Assembly (NCBI GenBank): GCA_048881705.1
Contig: JBHLSH010000063.1
Span: forward strand, 1-23,288
DNA length: 23,288 nucleotides
Origin: Candidatus Heimdallarchaeota archaeon
GTDB lineage: Archaea; Asgardarchaeota; Heimdallarchaeia; Hodarchaeales; Hodarchaeaceae
Direction of reading: 5' to 3'
Positions 8,679-17,906 of this stretch are shown here, in pieces; position 1 is the stretch's first letter; the number at the start of each line of letters is the position of its first letter. The translations under genes and the position numbers were made by a program. Below the pieces are notes generated by a model, which was given only the letters and a program-made list of their open reading frames with translations, searched no databases and had not been told where the DNA came from.

Positions 8679-9527
8679 TTAAATCAAAGGAGTGTGCGCT
8701 AAGTTTGCCCATTCTTTCATGGATCCGTCATAAACGCGAACATTAGGATATCCCAGCAATTCTAGGGCAAAGGCGGTGTGAGTTGCACGAATAGCTGATT
8801 GACAATAAGTTACGATAGTCTTATCCCTGGCAATTCCAAAACTCGAGAATATTTCTTCCAACTCGCTGGGAGAACGAAATTCTCTTATTGCTTCTTTGTT
8901 TCCACCGTTTTTTGCTAATTTGGTCCACTCTAAATGTAAAGCCCCAGGTATATGTCCAAGTCGTTTATTTGTTTCAGGTCGAACACCGTAATATTCATCC
9001 GTGGAACGAACGTCGATGAGTTTCCAATTAGGAGAGTTATGCTCCCTTACTAGAGTGTCGAGAGACACGACGAATTCCTCACGAAATCTGGAATGAAATG
9101 GTTTTTCCGGTTTTTCAGGCTTACCCATCTTATAAGAAACAGGAAGTTCACGAGACACCCACCCCTGCCACCCCCCATTCAGGATCTTTGTCTTCGTGTG
9201 ACCATAAACCCTGAGAGCCCACCATAAACGGGTGGCCCAAAGGGACCCCCACTCATCATAGCAAACAACATTGGTATCATTACCAACACCCATCTGGTTC
9301 ATCAAACTGGCGAATTCCTGAGGCGGTGGTAAATGAAGTTCAGGTTTTCCATTGGAATCAACGGACTTAATATACGGAGTACCAGGTCGCATGATTGCCC
9401 CCGGTATATGTGCTCTGGTATAGGCGTTACTATCGAAAACACAATCTATAAGCACAATATTTTCGTCATCCAAATGTTCCGCGAGCCAGAGTGGATCTAC
9501 AAGAAGACGATGATCTGGATAGTTCAT
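8679..9527 (-). CDS. Tandem-domain sulfurtransferase (rhodanese/3-mercaptopyruvate sulfurtransferase family)
   Basis: HIPGA twice, VVCYDE, LNGGWQGW, LIDVRS, active-site loop CQSAIR, and YDGSMKEW. Confidence 0.93.
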   Translation of the reverse strand: MNYPDHRLLVDPLWLAEHLDDENIVLIDCVFDSNAYTRAHIPGAIMRPGTPYIKSVDSNGKPELHLPPPQEFASLMNQMGVGNDTNVVCYDEWGSLWATRLWWALRVYGHTKTKILNGGWQGWVSRELPVSYKMGKPEKPEKPFHSRFREEFVVSLDTLVREHNSPNWKLIDVRSTDEYYGVRPETNKRLGHIPGALHLEWTKLAKNGGNKEAIREFRSPSELEEIFSSFGIARDKTIVTYCQSAIRATHTAFALELLGYPNVRVYDGSMKEWANLAHTPLI

Positions 9528-9657
9528 GTGTAAAGGTAGCGTGTTGGATTACTTAACTGCTTTGATCGATGGTATTGAAGGATAACTATCGTCCAACGAA
9601 TGCCCCATAAGAGAATTAACCCGAAGTTGTCCTCAAGAATTTGTGGGACATGGAACA

Positions 9658-10128
9658 CTAGCCAACTTGTTTTGGAATGCGATTCATCTTTCCTAACTTT
9701 GAATGATAATAGTGAATGTTCAAGAAGCGTTTCATGCCTGAAACCTCACGATGTCCCATCAGGCAAGATCTGGCATATTTCATCCCATTTTGCTCACAAA
9801 TATCAATGCTCTCCGGTGTATCCGTTCGGGGCATAAACCAAATCGCGGGTTTGGGATCCAACCTGCTGGCTTGTCTCACGATTTCTGTTGTTATCGAAGG
9901 TTTGTGTACTACAATAACCACATCTACTGGCTCTGGAAGCTCGCCAAGAGATTGATAGGCTTGGATGTCATCAACTCTATCTTTATCAGGGCAGATAGGA
10001 TAAACATTTTTTACGTTGAACCATTCGTCTTTCAAGGCCCGGAATCCCTTGCTTGACAGTCCCCCTGAAAATGTTCCTGCTATTGCATAGGTCATGTCAG
10101 TGTTAAATCCATGGTCTATTTCTACCAT
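9658..10128 (-). CDS. CoA-binding domain protein (YccU-like)
   Basis: YAIAG, VYPICP, AYQSLGELPEPVDVVIV and AIWF match the stand-alone CoA-binding family. Start placed at ATG 10128; the track gives 10167. Confidence 0.8.
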   Translation of the reverse strand: MVEIDHGFNTDMTYAIAGTFSGGLSSKGFRALKDEWFNVKNVYPICPDKDRVDDIQAYQSLGELPEPVDVVIVVHKPSITTEIVRQASRLDPKPAIWFMPRTDTPESIDICEQNGMKYARSCLMGHREVSGMKRFLNIHYYHSKLGKMNRIPKQVG

Positions 10129-10490
10129 TTGGTTGTCACCTCGATTTGACCAGTCAGGATAGTACATGTTTATAGATTTCGTAAATACAAGATAAACGGA
10201 ACTTAATCATATAAACAAGTTGAGCCGGGGATCCATTTGGAGACAGAAATAGGGAATACCATTTGAATTTCCATTTGAGCGCGCCGAATTTTTCCTCAAT
10301 GATCGAGTTGCGTATGAGTTATCGAGTATATCGTCAATCTCCACTTTGGCGACGTAGAACTCCAATCTCAAAAGTATATATGAAAAGTTTCTGAGGAGTT
10401 ATTTCTCCAACTATATCTCCCAAGTTCCCTCAAACTACACACAGCTAAGGACCACCCCATCTACATCAACTATAACCTAAATCCAATCAT

Positions 10491-11894
10491 TTATTGTATC
10501 TTGTGCAATTCTATCGCCCTCTTTGCCTCCATAATATATTCTGCAAATTTCACTTCCTCCAGTCTGTCTCTGATTGAGGCATTACTCTGAATGAGGGACT
10601 GCCATTTTTCAAATTGGCTTTCTAGATGCTGTTTCTCTACCTCAGCCCTCTCAGCATATGCTCCCAATCCCTTGTCTTCTGCAATAATTTTAGCCTGGTC
10701 TAAAAATTCCATTGCTGATGTCAAGTCTCCCTCGACGGTGGAAAACTTGGCCTGCAACAGTAACAATTGAATCATGAAGGAAAAGGATCGAGATCTTTGC
10801 GTTAACGAATAGACTTTTTGGGTGACAGCCAAAGCTTCTTGAAATACCGCCTGGTCTTCATAAATCTTAAATTCGTCTAAAAACAACTCACAGAGGTTAA
10901 GCAAGGCCTTGACCTTTAAATAGATAAAAGGAAAATTTTCCTCAACGAGTTCTGTAAGTATATCTTGAGCTTTCGCTTTGTCTCTAACTCTTGAACTCGT
11001 TTTCAGATACATTGCCTGAGCTAATCGATAAAACGGATCAACAATCGAGCTTTTATCACCCTCACGAAGCTGTTCCATTCGTTGGAGGAGCTGCTGCGTC
11101 TGGGCCTGAGAAGTCCTACCAAGGGTTGCGGCAAACCAACAAAAAAGGTCAAAGATAAGGTTGGATATTCCGCCACCTTTCTCGTTAAGAAGATAGCTTT
11201 TCTCGAAAAAAGTTGAGGCCTCTTCTATATTACCTGACTCCCAGTTGAGATCACCAAGATGATGGTACACATCAGCCATGCCCTCGGTGTAATCGCACTC
11301 CTTGAAGATCTTCAATGCTTGCTGATAAAAAACGGCGGCTTGGTCTAGGTCACTATTAGAATGGTAATAAAACCCTAGATTACTAGCAGAGGCGGCCATC
11401 ATGAATTTGTCCCCGATTTCTTTGCTCATGGTCTTGGCTTGATGCCCATACTCCAGGGCGAGTTTCAAATCGCCTTGTCCCCAAAAAACATAACCAATTT
11501 GGCCTAGGGTCATAGTCATGCCTTCCTTATCATCGATTTCTTTCGATAACGACAAACTTCGCTGATAATATTCCAATGCTCCCTTCAAATCGTGTTTCAA
11601 CTGGCAAATAATCCCTTTGTGACGAACCAGGTGAGCTTCTCTCTTTTTCGCCGCTTCTGGCTGTTTAATGAGAGTGAGGACATGTTCGCATTGTGTAATC
11701 ACCCCAAGGCTTTCTTCCAGTCTTCCAAGCTTCCACAAAGCCCTTTCCTTTGCAATGAGAACATCAGCTAATTGTTGACTCTCAACAGGTTCTGTGTACA
11801 GTTTCTCTAATCTTTCCGCCTCTTTTAAGAGTTTTTTGAAATTACCTTGCTTGAATATTTCAACTAAATACTCTAGTTCTCCCGACTCAGTCAC
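10491..11894 (-). CDS. Tetratricopeptide-repeat (TPR) protein
   Basis: About five consecutive TPR units (e.g. GIICQLKHDLKGALEYYQRSLSLS, GFYYHSNSDLDQAAVFYQQALKIF) followed by a helical C-terminal region. GTG start with GGAGG SD. Confidence 0.9.
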   Translation of the reverse strand: MTESGELEYLVEIFKQGNFKKLLKEAERLEKLYTEPVESQQLADVLIAKERALWKLGRLEESLGVITQCEHVLTLIKQPEAAKKREAHLVRHKGIICQLKHDLKGALEYYQRSLSLSKEIDDKEGMTMTLGQIGYVFWGQGDLKLALEYGHQAKTMSKEIGDKFMMAASASNLGFYYHSNSDLDQAAVFYQQALKIFKECDYTEGMADVYHHLGDLNWESGNIEEASTFFEKSYLLNEKGGGISNLIFDLFCWFAATLGRTSQAQTQQLLQRMEQLREGDKSSIVDPFYRLAQAMYLKTSSRVRDKAKAQDILTELVEENFPFIYLKVKALLNLCELFLDEFKIYEDQAVFQEALAVTQKVYSLTQRSRSFSFMIQLLLLQAKFSTVEGDLTSAMEFLDQAKIIAEDKGLGAYAERAEVEKQHLESQFEKWQSLIQSNASIRDRLEEVKFAEYIMEAKRAIELHKIQ

Positions 11895-12206
11895 CTAGAT
11901 TGCCTCCTTTCATATTGGTTTTCGATAACAGGAACAGGGCAGCTATGTCTCCAACTTCTCGTATAGTAAATCGTTTTCAGTTTAATAAACTATTGCTCTC
12001 TTTTTAATAAATCCCTTGATCCAAATCAACTCTGAAGTCACACAAAAACCTGTTTCTCCTAAACAGACGCGGAACATATCCCTACTGACAGTTTCTTGGG
12101 CCCTAAGAAACTTAGGAAGGTTGATTTGCATGATGAAATATTTACATCATCCTTACTTCTCAAATTCCGCCAAATTGACTGTCCCAGAGATTGAAAAACG
12201 TGACTG

Positions 12207-12746
12207 CTAATTCCTTGCCATGTGACCCTTTTTCATGAATATCTGACAGACCAGCGTAAATTCATCATCTTTCCCGAGCAGGAACCATTCAGGTTTTTCT
12301 CGGTTCGTAACAAACTTCCCAATCAATTTGGATATACCAAAATTAAGGCACTGATCAATTCCCAGATACTTTATACTTCTTTGCGGCAATATTTCCTTCA
12401 TTGCTTGGTGTTCGGAACGATAAAACGAATTTAGTGTTATTTTTTCTTCAATGACTACCTGAAAGCCCCGTAGGATTACCGCATTTTTGAACGTATAACT
12501 TTCGTCGAATCCCATCCCCTGGGTATATGGAGGAACTTCAACAGATACTGTAGAGTGAGTCTGTGCGAAAAGCTGGACGGGTACAATAAATGGATAGAAA
12601 TTCACCAGTAATCCTCCTGGTTTCAACACTCGCCATGCCTCATCAAGGCCGCCTATCATCTTGTCCAACGATGGAAGACAGCAAAGAGAATAATTAAAGA
12701 ATACGATGTGTGTTGTATGAGATTCTTGAGGGATTCTCTCACCCAT
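12207..12746 (-). pseudogene. N-terminally truncated class I SAM-methyltransferase-like ORF (pseudogene or half-domain protein)
   Basis: IVFFNYSLCCL...LDEAWRVLKPGGLLV is present but motif I (GxGxG) is absent. ATG 12746 has a GGAGG SD at 7-nt spacing. Confidence 0.5.
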
Positions 12747-12918
12747 CGTACATCCTCCAACCATGCCGAAAATCAAGTTTATAACGCCCCTATAATAAAT
12801 AGTCAAATATAAAGTATCTGCCAGCATTAATAAGTTGAACTAAAGAATCTCTCCCCCTTAATGGGCGATTTTCCCTCTGCTTGAAGAGTTCTAATATTTT
12901 CCGGGAAAATACCTTCTT

Positions 12919-13365
12919 TTAGGAAGTGCTATAGATTAAATCCTCGATGTTTTTTATTATCATCTTGAACACTCGTTTCATGAATATTTTTATCGTAATT
13001 TGCTCTTCCAGCCATCCCAAGAATCCTGATTTTCGAACATAATCCATTCTGATTGTTACAGTAGAGATTGACTCAGTTACCCTATTTAATCCAAACAAGA
13101 CTCTTGATTGAGACACTGCATGAAAATGAGCTTCATCTACGGTTATACGTTCTTTTTCAATCCACTCGACCACCTCTTCAACCACGAAAGTGTTGTCATT
13201 CATATCACATCGACGTTTCGCGCCAATCCCTTGTTTTTGATCACTTAACAACTGTGTTTTGATGATATAAGGGTGGTATCGATGGGGTTGTTCAAAATTT
13301 GAAATCACATTCCAGATTTGATCTACCGATGCTTCCACCTTTGATGTTACAGTTACTATTGGCAT
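12919..13365 (-). CDS. SRPBCC/START-like (polyketide cyclase/dehydrase family) protein
   Basis: ASVDQIWNVISNF, GIGAKRRC and EEVVEW motifs with a C-terminal helix; 148 aa. Confidence 0.87.
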   Translation of the reverse strand: MPIVTVTSKVEASVDQIWNVISNFEQPHRYHPYIIKTQLLSDQKQGIGAKRRCDMNDNTFVVEEVVEWIEKERITVDEAHFHAVSQSRVLFGLNRVTESISTVTIRMDYVRKSGFLGWLEEQITIKIFMKRVFKMIIKNIEDLIYSTS

Positions 13366-13547
13366 ATGTTTTCCCTACTGTTACGAGAAGAGCGTTACCT
13401 TTCCTATTATTGTGCCAAAGATGAGCAATTAAATAATTAAGATTCCGACGAAAGTCAAACCAATGGATAAAACTGAGAGGAATGAAATCATTCTGCCCGT
13501 TCATCTACGGAACTCACTCTGTTAAAGACGATTAAGAGGTATTTTGG

Positions 13548-14822
13548 TTGAAACTTGGTAAAATGCAAGGTCCTAAGCCTTATAAGTTTCTCCAAGAACA
13601 GGTTTTTGATGGCGTCTGGCCTCTGAATAAATTTAAGTCGCCTTTAAACGTAGGATTGTTGACAGTTCTCTATTTTCTTTGGGGTTTGGCAATTTTCATA
13701 ATTTATTCTATTCCTCCCTATTTTTTTATATCAGGGATCATGGCAGCACTCAGTATTAGTGTTTGGACCTTAGGCATTTTCAGGTACGCTAGGACTTTAC
13801 GAGAAACCCAGATTGAAAAACTCAACAGCGTGAACAGGAAATTCTTGGTTCAATATTTAGATGCATTATTTCACCCCTCCAGTATCGTTATTGGTGTAAT
13901 TATATATATAGTAACTCTTGTCTCCTTGTTGGCTCCTCACTCGCTAATTGTGACACTTCAGGAAGAATTACAACTTACTTCTCTTCCTCCGTTTATCCTC
14001 TTATACGTATTTCTTGTTTCGTGGGATATTTGCTATCGAATTGGCCTTTCGACGTACGTGATGTTCACACAAATCCGTAGGAATATTTGGTTAGGACGGA
14101 TTATCCATAACGCAAAACTAAAGGAGAATTTCCTCCCCAATAACATAAAAGTTTTGGAAGAAGCCGATAAATACCATTATTTGGCTCTAGGCGGTGGGAT
14201 TTTTCTATTTCCTTTCCTTATCTTGGATCCCGTTCTAATTCTTGGCTTGTATTTGTATTTGACGGTGGCCTTTATCTCTGCAACTGTTAATCTTCTTCAA
14301 CTAAGAATTCTCCACGCCAAGGCGATTCCCGAAAACGTCATTCGCCTTTTAGCGTCGACTCGATTTGCCTATGTTGGCACCAGATCGAAAAATCGTATGC
14401 CTCACGTTACTCCAACGCTTTTTGTGTTTGATGGGAGAAATGTGTTCTTTGCCACTTCCATTAAAAGCGCAAAAGTTCGGCATTTACGTAGAAACCCCAG
14501 AGTGGCTGTTTGTATAGAAAGAAGGGATAAAAAAGAGCTTGCAAAAAGTCAAGGAGTATTAATTCAAGGCAGGGCAAGAGTTTATGGACATGACCTCTTT
14601 ACTGCGGTTTTATACGTAATGGTTTTTGGGGTTAGACTTCTTTTGATTAGAAGGCTATTTTACAAGAAATATCCCGAGTATCTTAAGCAGTATGAGGAAC
14701 AACGCCGTTTCCTACCAAGTGCGTGGCGAACACGGCCGATCTTAAGTCGCACTGTTGTTGAAGTCCTTCCCTCTCGTGTAATTTGGTGGAAAGGAACAAA
14801 ATATACTCAAATAGCTTTTTAA
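13548..14822 (+). CDS. Multi-pass membrane protein fused to a C-terminal pyridoxamine-5'-phosphate-oxidase-like (flavin/F420 split-barrel) domain
   Basis: About six hydrophobic helices in the first ~255 aa, then FAYVGT...MPHVTP...FFATSIKSAKVRHLRRNPRVAVCI. TTG start with GAGGT SD. Confidence 0.85.
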   Translation: MKLGKMQGPKPYKFLQEQVFDGVWPLNKFKSPLNVGLLTVLYFLWGLAIFIIYSIPPYFFISGIMAALSISVWTLGIFRYARTLRETQIEKLNSVNRKFLVQYLDALFHPSSIVIGVIIYIVTLVSLLAPHSLIVTLQEELQLTSLPPFILLYVFLVSWDICYRIGLSTYVMFTQIRRNIWLGRIIHNAKLKENFLPNNIKVLEEADKYHYLALGGGIFLFPFLILDPVLILGLYLYLTVAFISATVNLLQLRILHAKAIPENVIRLLASTRFAYVGTRSKNRMPHVTPTLFVFDGRNVFFATSIKSAKVRHLRRNPRVAVCIERRDKKELAKSQGVLIQGRARVYGHDLFTAVLYVMVFGVRLLLIRRLFYKKYPEYLKQYEEQRRFLPSAWRTRPILSRTVVEVLPSRVIWWKGTKYTQIAF

Positions 14823-14837
14823 AACCGAGAGATCAAT

Positions 14838-15368
14838 TTGCAGCAAAATTCAAGCAAAAGAACTATCACAATCGAGTGTTCAGATAACAAGCACTTTTGT
14901 GATATTTCCAGAGACAACCTTGGATTTTTGATAAACAGTCGGCTTTTATATTGCTGTACTCTATCTCGGGGGATGCCCCACATAACGCCGATCATGTATT
15001 ATTATGAAATGAACGAATGCAGCTTATCATTCCTCATTGGCAAGACATCCGTCAAGGCAAGAAATCTAAGGAAGAATCCTTTTGTTTCATTGACTACTGA
15101 TACCACACATCCGTCTAATCCCCTTGAAAACTCTGGAATTATGATTACCGCGGTTACGGAACTAAGTGATTCTTGGGAAGATATCTCAGAATGCCTGGAA
15201 CGGCTTCGGAGACGATACAGTTCCCACTTAATACCCATGTTGGTAGAAACATTCGCCTCAACGAATGATCTTTATGTTAAAGCAGAGATAATTCGAATTG
15301 TACACTGGAAGGGCCCTTTCTTTGAGAGATTTGAGTGTCCGACCAGAAAATTACGATTTAAGATCTGA
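14838..15368 (+). CDS. Pyridoxamine-5'-phosphate-oxidase-like split-barrel protein, Cys-rich
   Basis: MPHITP and SVKARNLRKNPFVSL motifs. Starts 15 nt after the preceding paralog. Confidence 0.82.
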   Translation: MQQNSSKRTITIECSDNKHFCDISRDNLGFLINSRLLYCCTLSRGMPHITPIMYYYEMNECSLSFLIGKTSVKARNLRKNPFVSLTTDTTHPSNPLENSGIMITAVTELSDSWEDISECLERLRRRYSSHLIPMLVETFASTNDLYVKAEIIRIVHWKGPFFERFECPTRKLRFKI

Positions 15369-15435
15369 ATACTCTCTTCCTCGACTTTACGTGAGATCTG
15401 ATTCGTTCACGACTTTAATCAAAACTCCTTCAGGG

Positions 15436-16245
15436 CTAGATTTCGTTTATCTCGATTTCGTTTGGATCAAAAAGCTTTCTTCCCTCCATTCCACCCGCCA
15501 CAGTAACTATTTGCCCAGATATGTGTCCCGCTAACCTATCTGAAGATAGGAACAAAACCGTGTTCGCAATATCTGAAGGTAGGGCAATTTTTCTTAATGG
15601 CATCGTTTGAAGAGCAGATCTCACCAAAGTTTCATCCTTTAGAGAATTTTCAGCCATTGGCGTTTTTGTCCAACCCGGAGCAACCATATTTACACGCCCC
15701 CTGTATGCCAGTTGTACAATTTCATTTTTTAACGATAGCATTAATCCCAGAAGACCTGCCTTTGAAATGGCATAATCTGCATGTCCGGCTTCCCCAAAAA
15801 TCCCGGCAGTACTACCGATATATACAACACTTCCTGTTGCTTTTGGAAAGGTTGCTAGATTCTGCATGTAGAACTTACTGCATATAAAAGCCGCTCGAAG
15901 GTTGATTCCAATTGTTCTATCCCATTGATCTAACTCCATTTCATGAACAGGGGTGGAGATTTCTGGCCAAACACCATGATTTATTACTAGCCTATCGATC
16001 CGCCCATTAGCGCTTATACCATCCTGGAATAGCTGTTCGGTTTGCCTTTCCGAGGTTAAATCTGCCTTGAGTACACAACAATCGTCATTCAGGGTCTGGA
16101 TTAGCTGAGTAATCCCCTTTTCGTCATTATTATAATGAAGCGAAAGTTTACACCCTTCGCCATCAAAAGCTTTGGCTATTGCCTGCCCGATACCTCCACT
16201 AGCTCCTGTTATTAAAACATGCTCTCCATCAAGACCTGAATCCAT
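15436..16245 (-). CDS. Short-chain dehydrogenase/reductase (classical SDR)
   Basis: TGASGGIG, INHG, IGS, YAISK (YxxxK) and VNMVAPGWTKT motifs. Confidence 0.94.
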   Translation of the reverse strand: MDSGLDGEHVLITGASGGIGQAIAKAFDGEGCKLSLHYNNDEKGITQLIQTLNDDCCVLKADLTSERQTEQLFQDGISANGRIDRLVINHGVWPEISTPVHEMELDQWDRTIGINLRAAFICSKFYMQNLATFPKATGSVVYIGSTAGIFGEAGHADYAISKAGLLGLMLSLKNEIVQLAYRGRVNMVAPGWTKTPMAENSLKDETLVRSALQTMPLRKIALPSDIANTVLFLSSDRLAGHISGQIVTVAGGMEGRKLFDPNEIEINEI

Positions 16246-16510
16246 AACAATTCACCTTTGAGTCTGTTGAGATTTTTTTCCCGTAGTAAGACCAGTACGT
16301 TCTAATTTCAGTTTTGATAGAAAGCGATATTGACTCCAGTTATATGAACATATTCGGGCGATACCCAAATCATAAAGAAAGATCATGAGACACTTCAGAA
16401 AGGCATTCTTATCCCGTTCTCGAAATGTTTATTTGATTCAACTTAATTATTGAAAAGAATTACCATAAAATTTATTGGAGAGTATTTTTTCACCATAATT
16501 GGTTCATTCA

Positions 16511-17833
16511 ATGCAGCTAAGTGATCAGAAACGATCGAAAGAGAGGGATTTTTGGAGCAACAAGACTGGATATGCTATGATAAATGAGGATTTTTCGCAG
16601 TTCTCTCAAAAGAACGTGATTTTTTCCCGTGTTAAATGGGATCGTTCATATCGAGCATACGGGAAAACTTTGGCTGAAAAGCAGGGGAGAAGGGTTGGAA
16701 AAAAAGGGTATAGTCGAGTGGGTTATGCTGTACAATCGGCAGCATGGACAATTTATGATAAATACCCTCATTCGTTCTCCTGGGATCGTATCCCGTATCC
16801 TGGAACGGTCGAATTGACTCAACTTAGTACTTCCCTCCCTAAATATGAATCCAAGGATCTTGGAAAGAATTCGAACACCGTTAAACGCGTTGGGCAGATC
16901 TTTGGTGCGGCCGATGTGGGGATTTGTGAGATAGATCCCAAGTTAATCTATTCACATGATGACGAGGGAAATCCGTTAAAGTTACCAGAAGGGGTCAAAT
17001 ACGCAATCATTCTACTCATAGAGATGGATGGAGAAGCCTTGAGAACGTCACCCGAACTTCCTGCTAGTATTACGACTGGAGATGCGTACTCTAGGATGGC
17101 TTTTTCGATATCGCTTATGGGAGAATTCCTTCGGAATCTGGGATATATTGCCATTCAAGCGGGAAATGACGTTGGCCTCTCGGTTCCTCTTGCCATTAAG
17201 GCTGGATTGGGCGAATTTGGAAGGCACGGTATGCTTATTCATCCCAAGTTTGGTCCGAATGTCAGAATATGCAAAGTATTGACAGATTTTCCGATGAAAT
17301 CAGACTCCCCAATCTATTTTGGCGTTCGAAAATATTGCCAAGTTTGCCAGAAGTGCGCCAAATATTGCCCTCCCCAGGCCATCCCTTATGATAAAAATCC
17401 TACTTGGGAGAGTCCTTGGAAAACACCCTCCAATAATTCCGGTGCCACCTATAAGTGGTACGTGAACGTTGACACGTGTTATCAATACTGGACATTAAAT
17501 ACCTCCGATTGTTCGAATTGCCTGGCCGTTTGCCATTTCGGCAAACCACGCAGTCTGTTTAGGAAGTTTAAACTGTTCATGGTAAGAAGGTTACCGGTTT
17601 TTAATCCGTTTTGGGTGTGGCTAGATCGTGCAAAGGGAAAACCTAAGATACCAAGAAGAACTGTTTGTGGGGAAGAACCGAAGATTGGATTTTTCAAACG
17701 GAATTATGAATCACTTAAGAGAAGCATTTCCAAACGTCCAAAAGATGGCAAGAAATGGTGGAAGCGCGAAACAAGGGATTCAGATGAATTTTGGGAATCA
17801 GATGAATATCTAGGTAAGAAAATGCCGATATAG
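16511..17833 (+). CDS. rdhA: Reductive dehalogenase-like cobalamin/2x[4Fe-4S] protein without a TAT signal
   Basis: FGAADVGI, RNLGY, AGLGEFGRHG, FGPNVRICKVLTD, CX2CX2CX3CP and CX10CX2CX3C motifs. Start placed at ATG 16511; the track starts at TTG 16499. Confidence 0.87.
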   Translation: MQLSDQKRSKERDFWSNKTGYAMINEDFSQFSQKNVIFSRVKWDRSYRAYGKTLAEKQGRRVGKKGYSRVGYAVQSAAWTIYDKYPHSFSWDRIPYPGTVELTQLSTSLPKYESKDLGKNSNTVKRVGQIFGAADVGICEIDPKLIYSHDDEGNPLKLPEGVKYAIILLIEMDGEALRTSPELPASITTGDAYSRMAFSISLMGEFLRNLGYIAIQAGNDVGLSVPLAIKAGLGEFGRHGMLIHPKFGPNVRICKVLTDFPMKSDSPIYFGVRKYCQVCQKCAKYCPPQAIPYDKNPTWESPWKTPSNNSGATYKWYVNVDTCYQYWTLNTSDCSNCLAVCHFGKPRSLFRKFKLFMVRRLPVFNPFWVWLDRAKGKPKIPRRTVCGEEPKIGFFKRNYESLKRSISKRPKDGKKWWKRETRDSDEFWESDEYLGKKMPI

Positions 17834-17906
17834 GGATATAATCCAACAATATATCTATCCTAGGCCTATTAAACTCCAAATACCGACGAAAAAAGATATG
17901 GTTTTT

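Noticed and set aside
10200-10490. Intergenic stretch with three CCATTTG copies (10233, 10259, 10271) and strong strand asymmetry
   Set aside because: The repeats are short and irregularly spaced. They are not CRISPR-like, and no convincing ORF or RNA fold was found.
12016-12434. Plus-strand ORFs 12016-12210 and 12222-12434
   Set aside because: Short and motif-free; one lies in the TPR promoter region and the other is antisense to the methyltransferase remnant.
13440-13500. GAC-GAAA-GTC tetraloop and CTGAGAG-GAATGAAATCATTC, considered as a hammerhead-like ribozyme
   Set aside because: The core elements are not in the required order: there is no GAAA after stem II and no closing stems.
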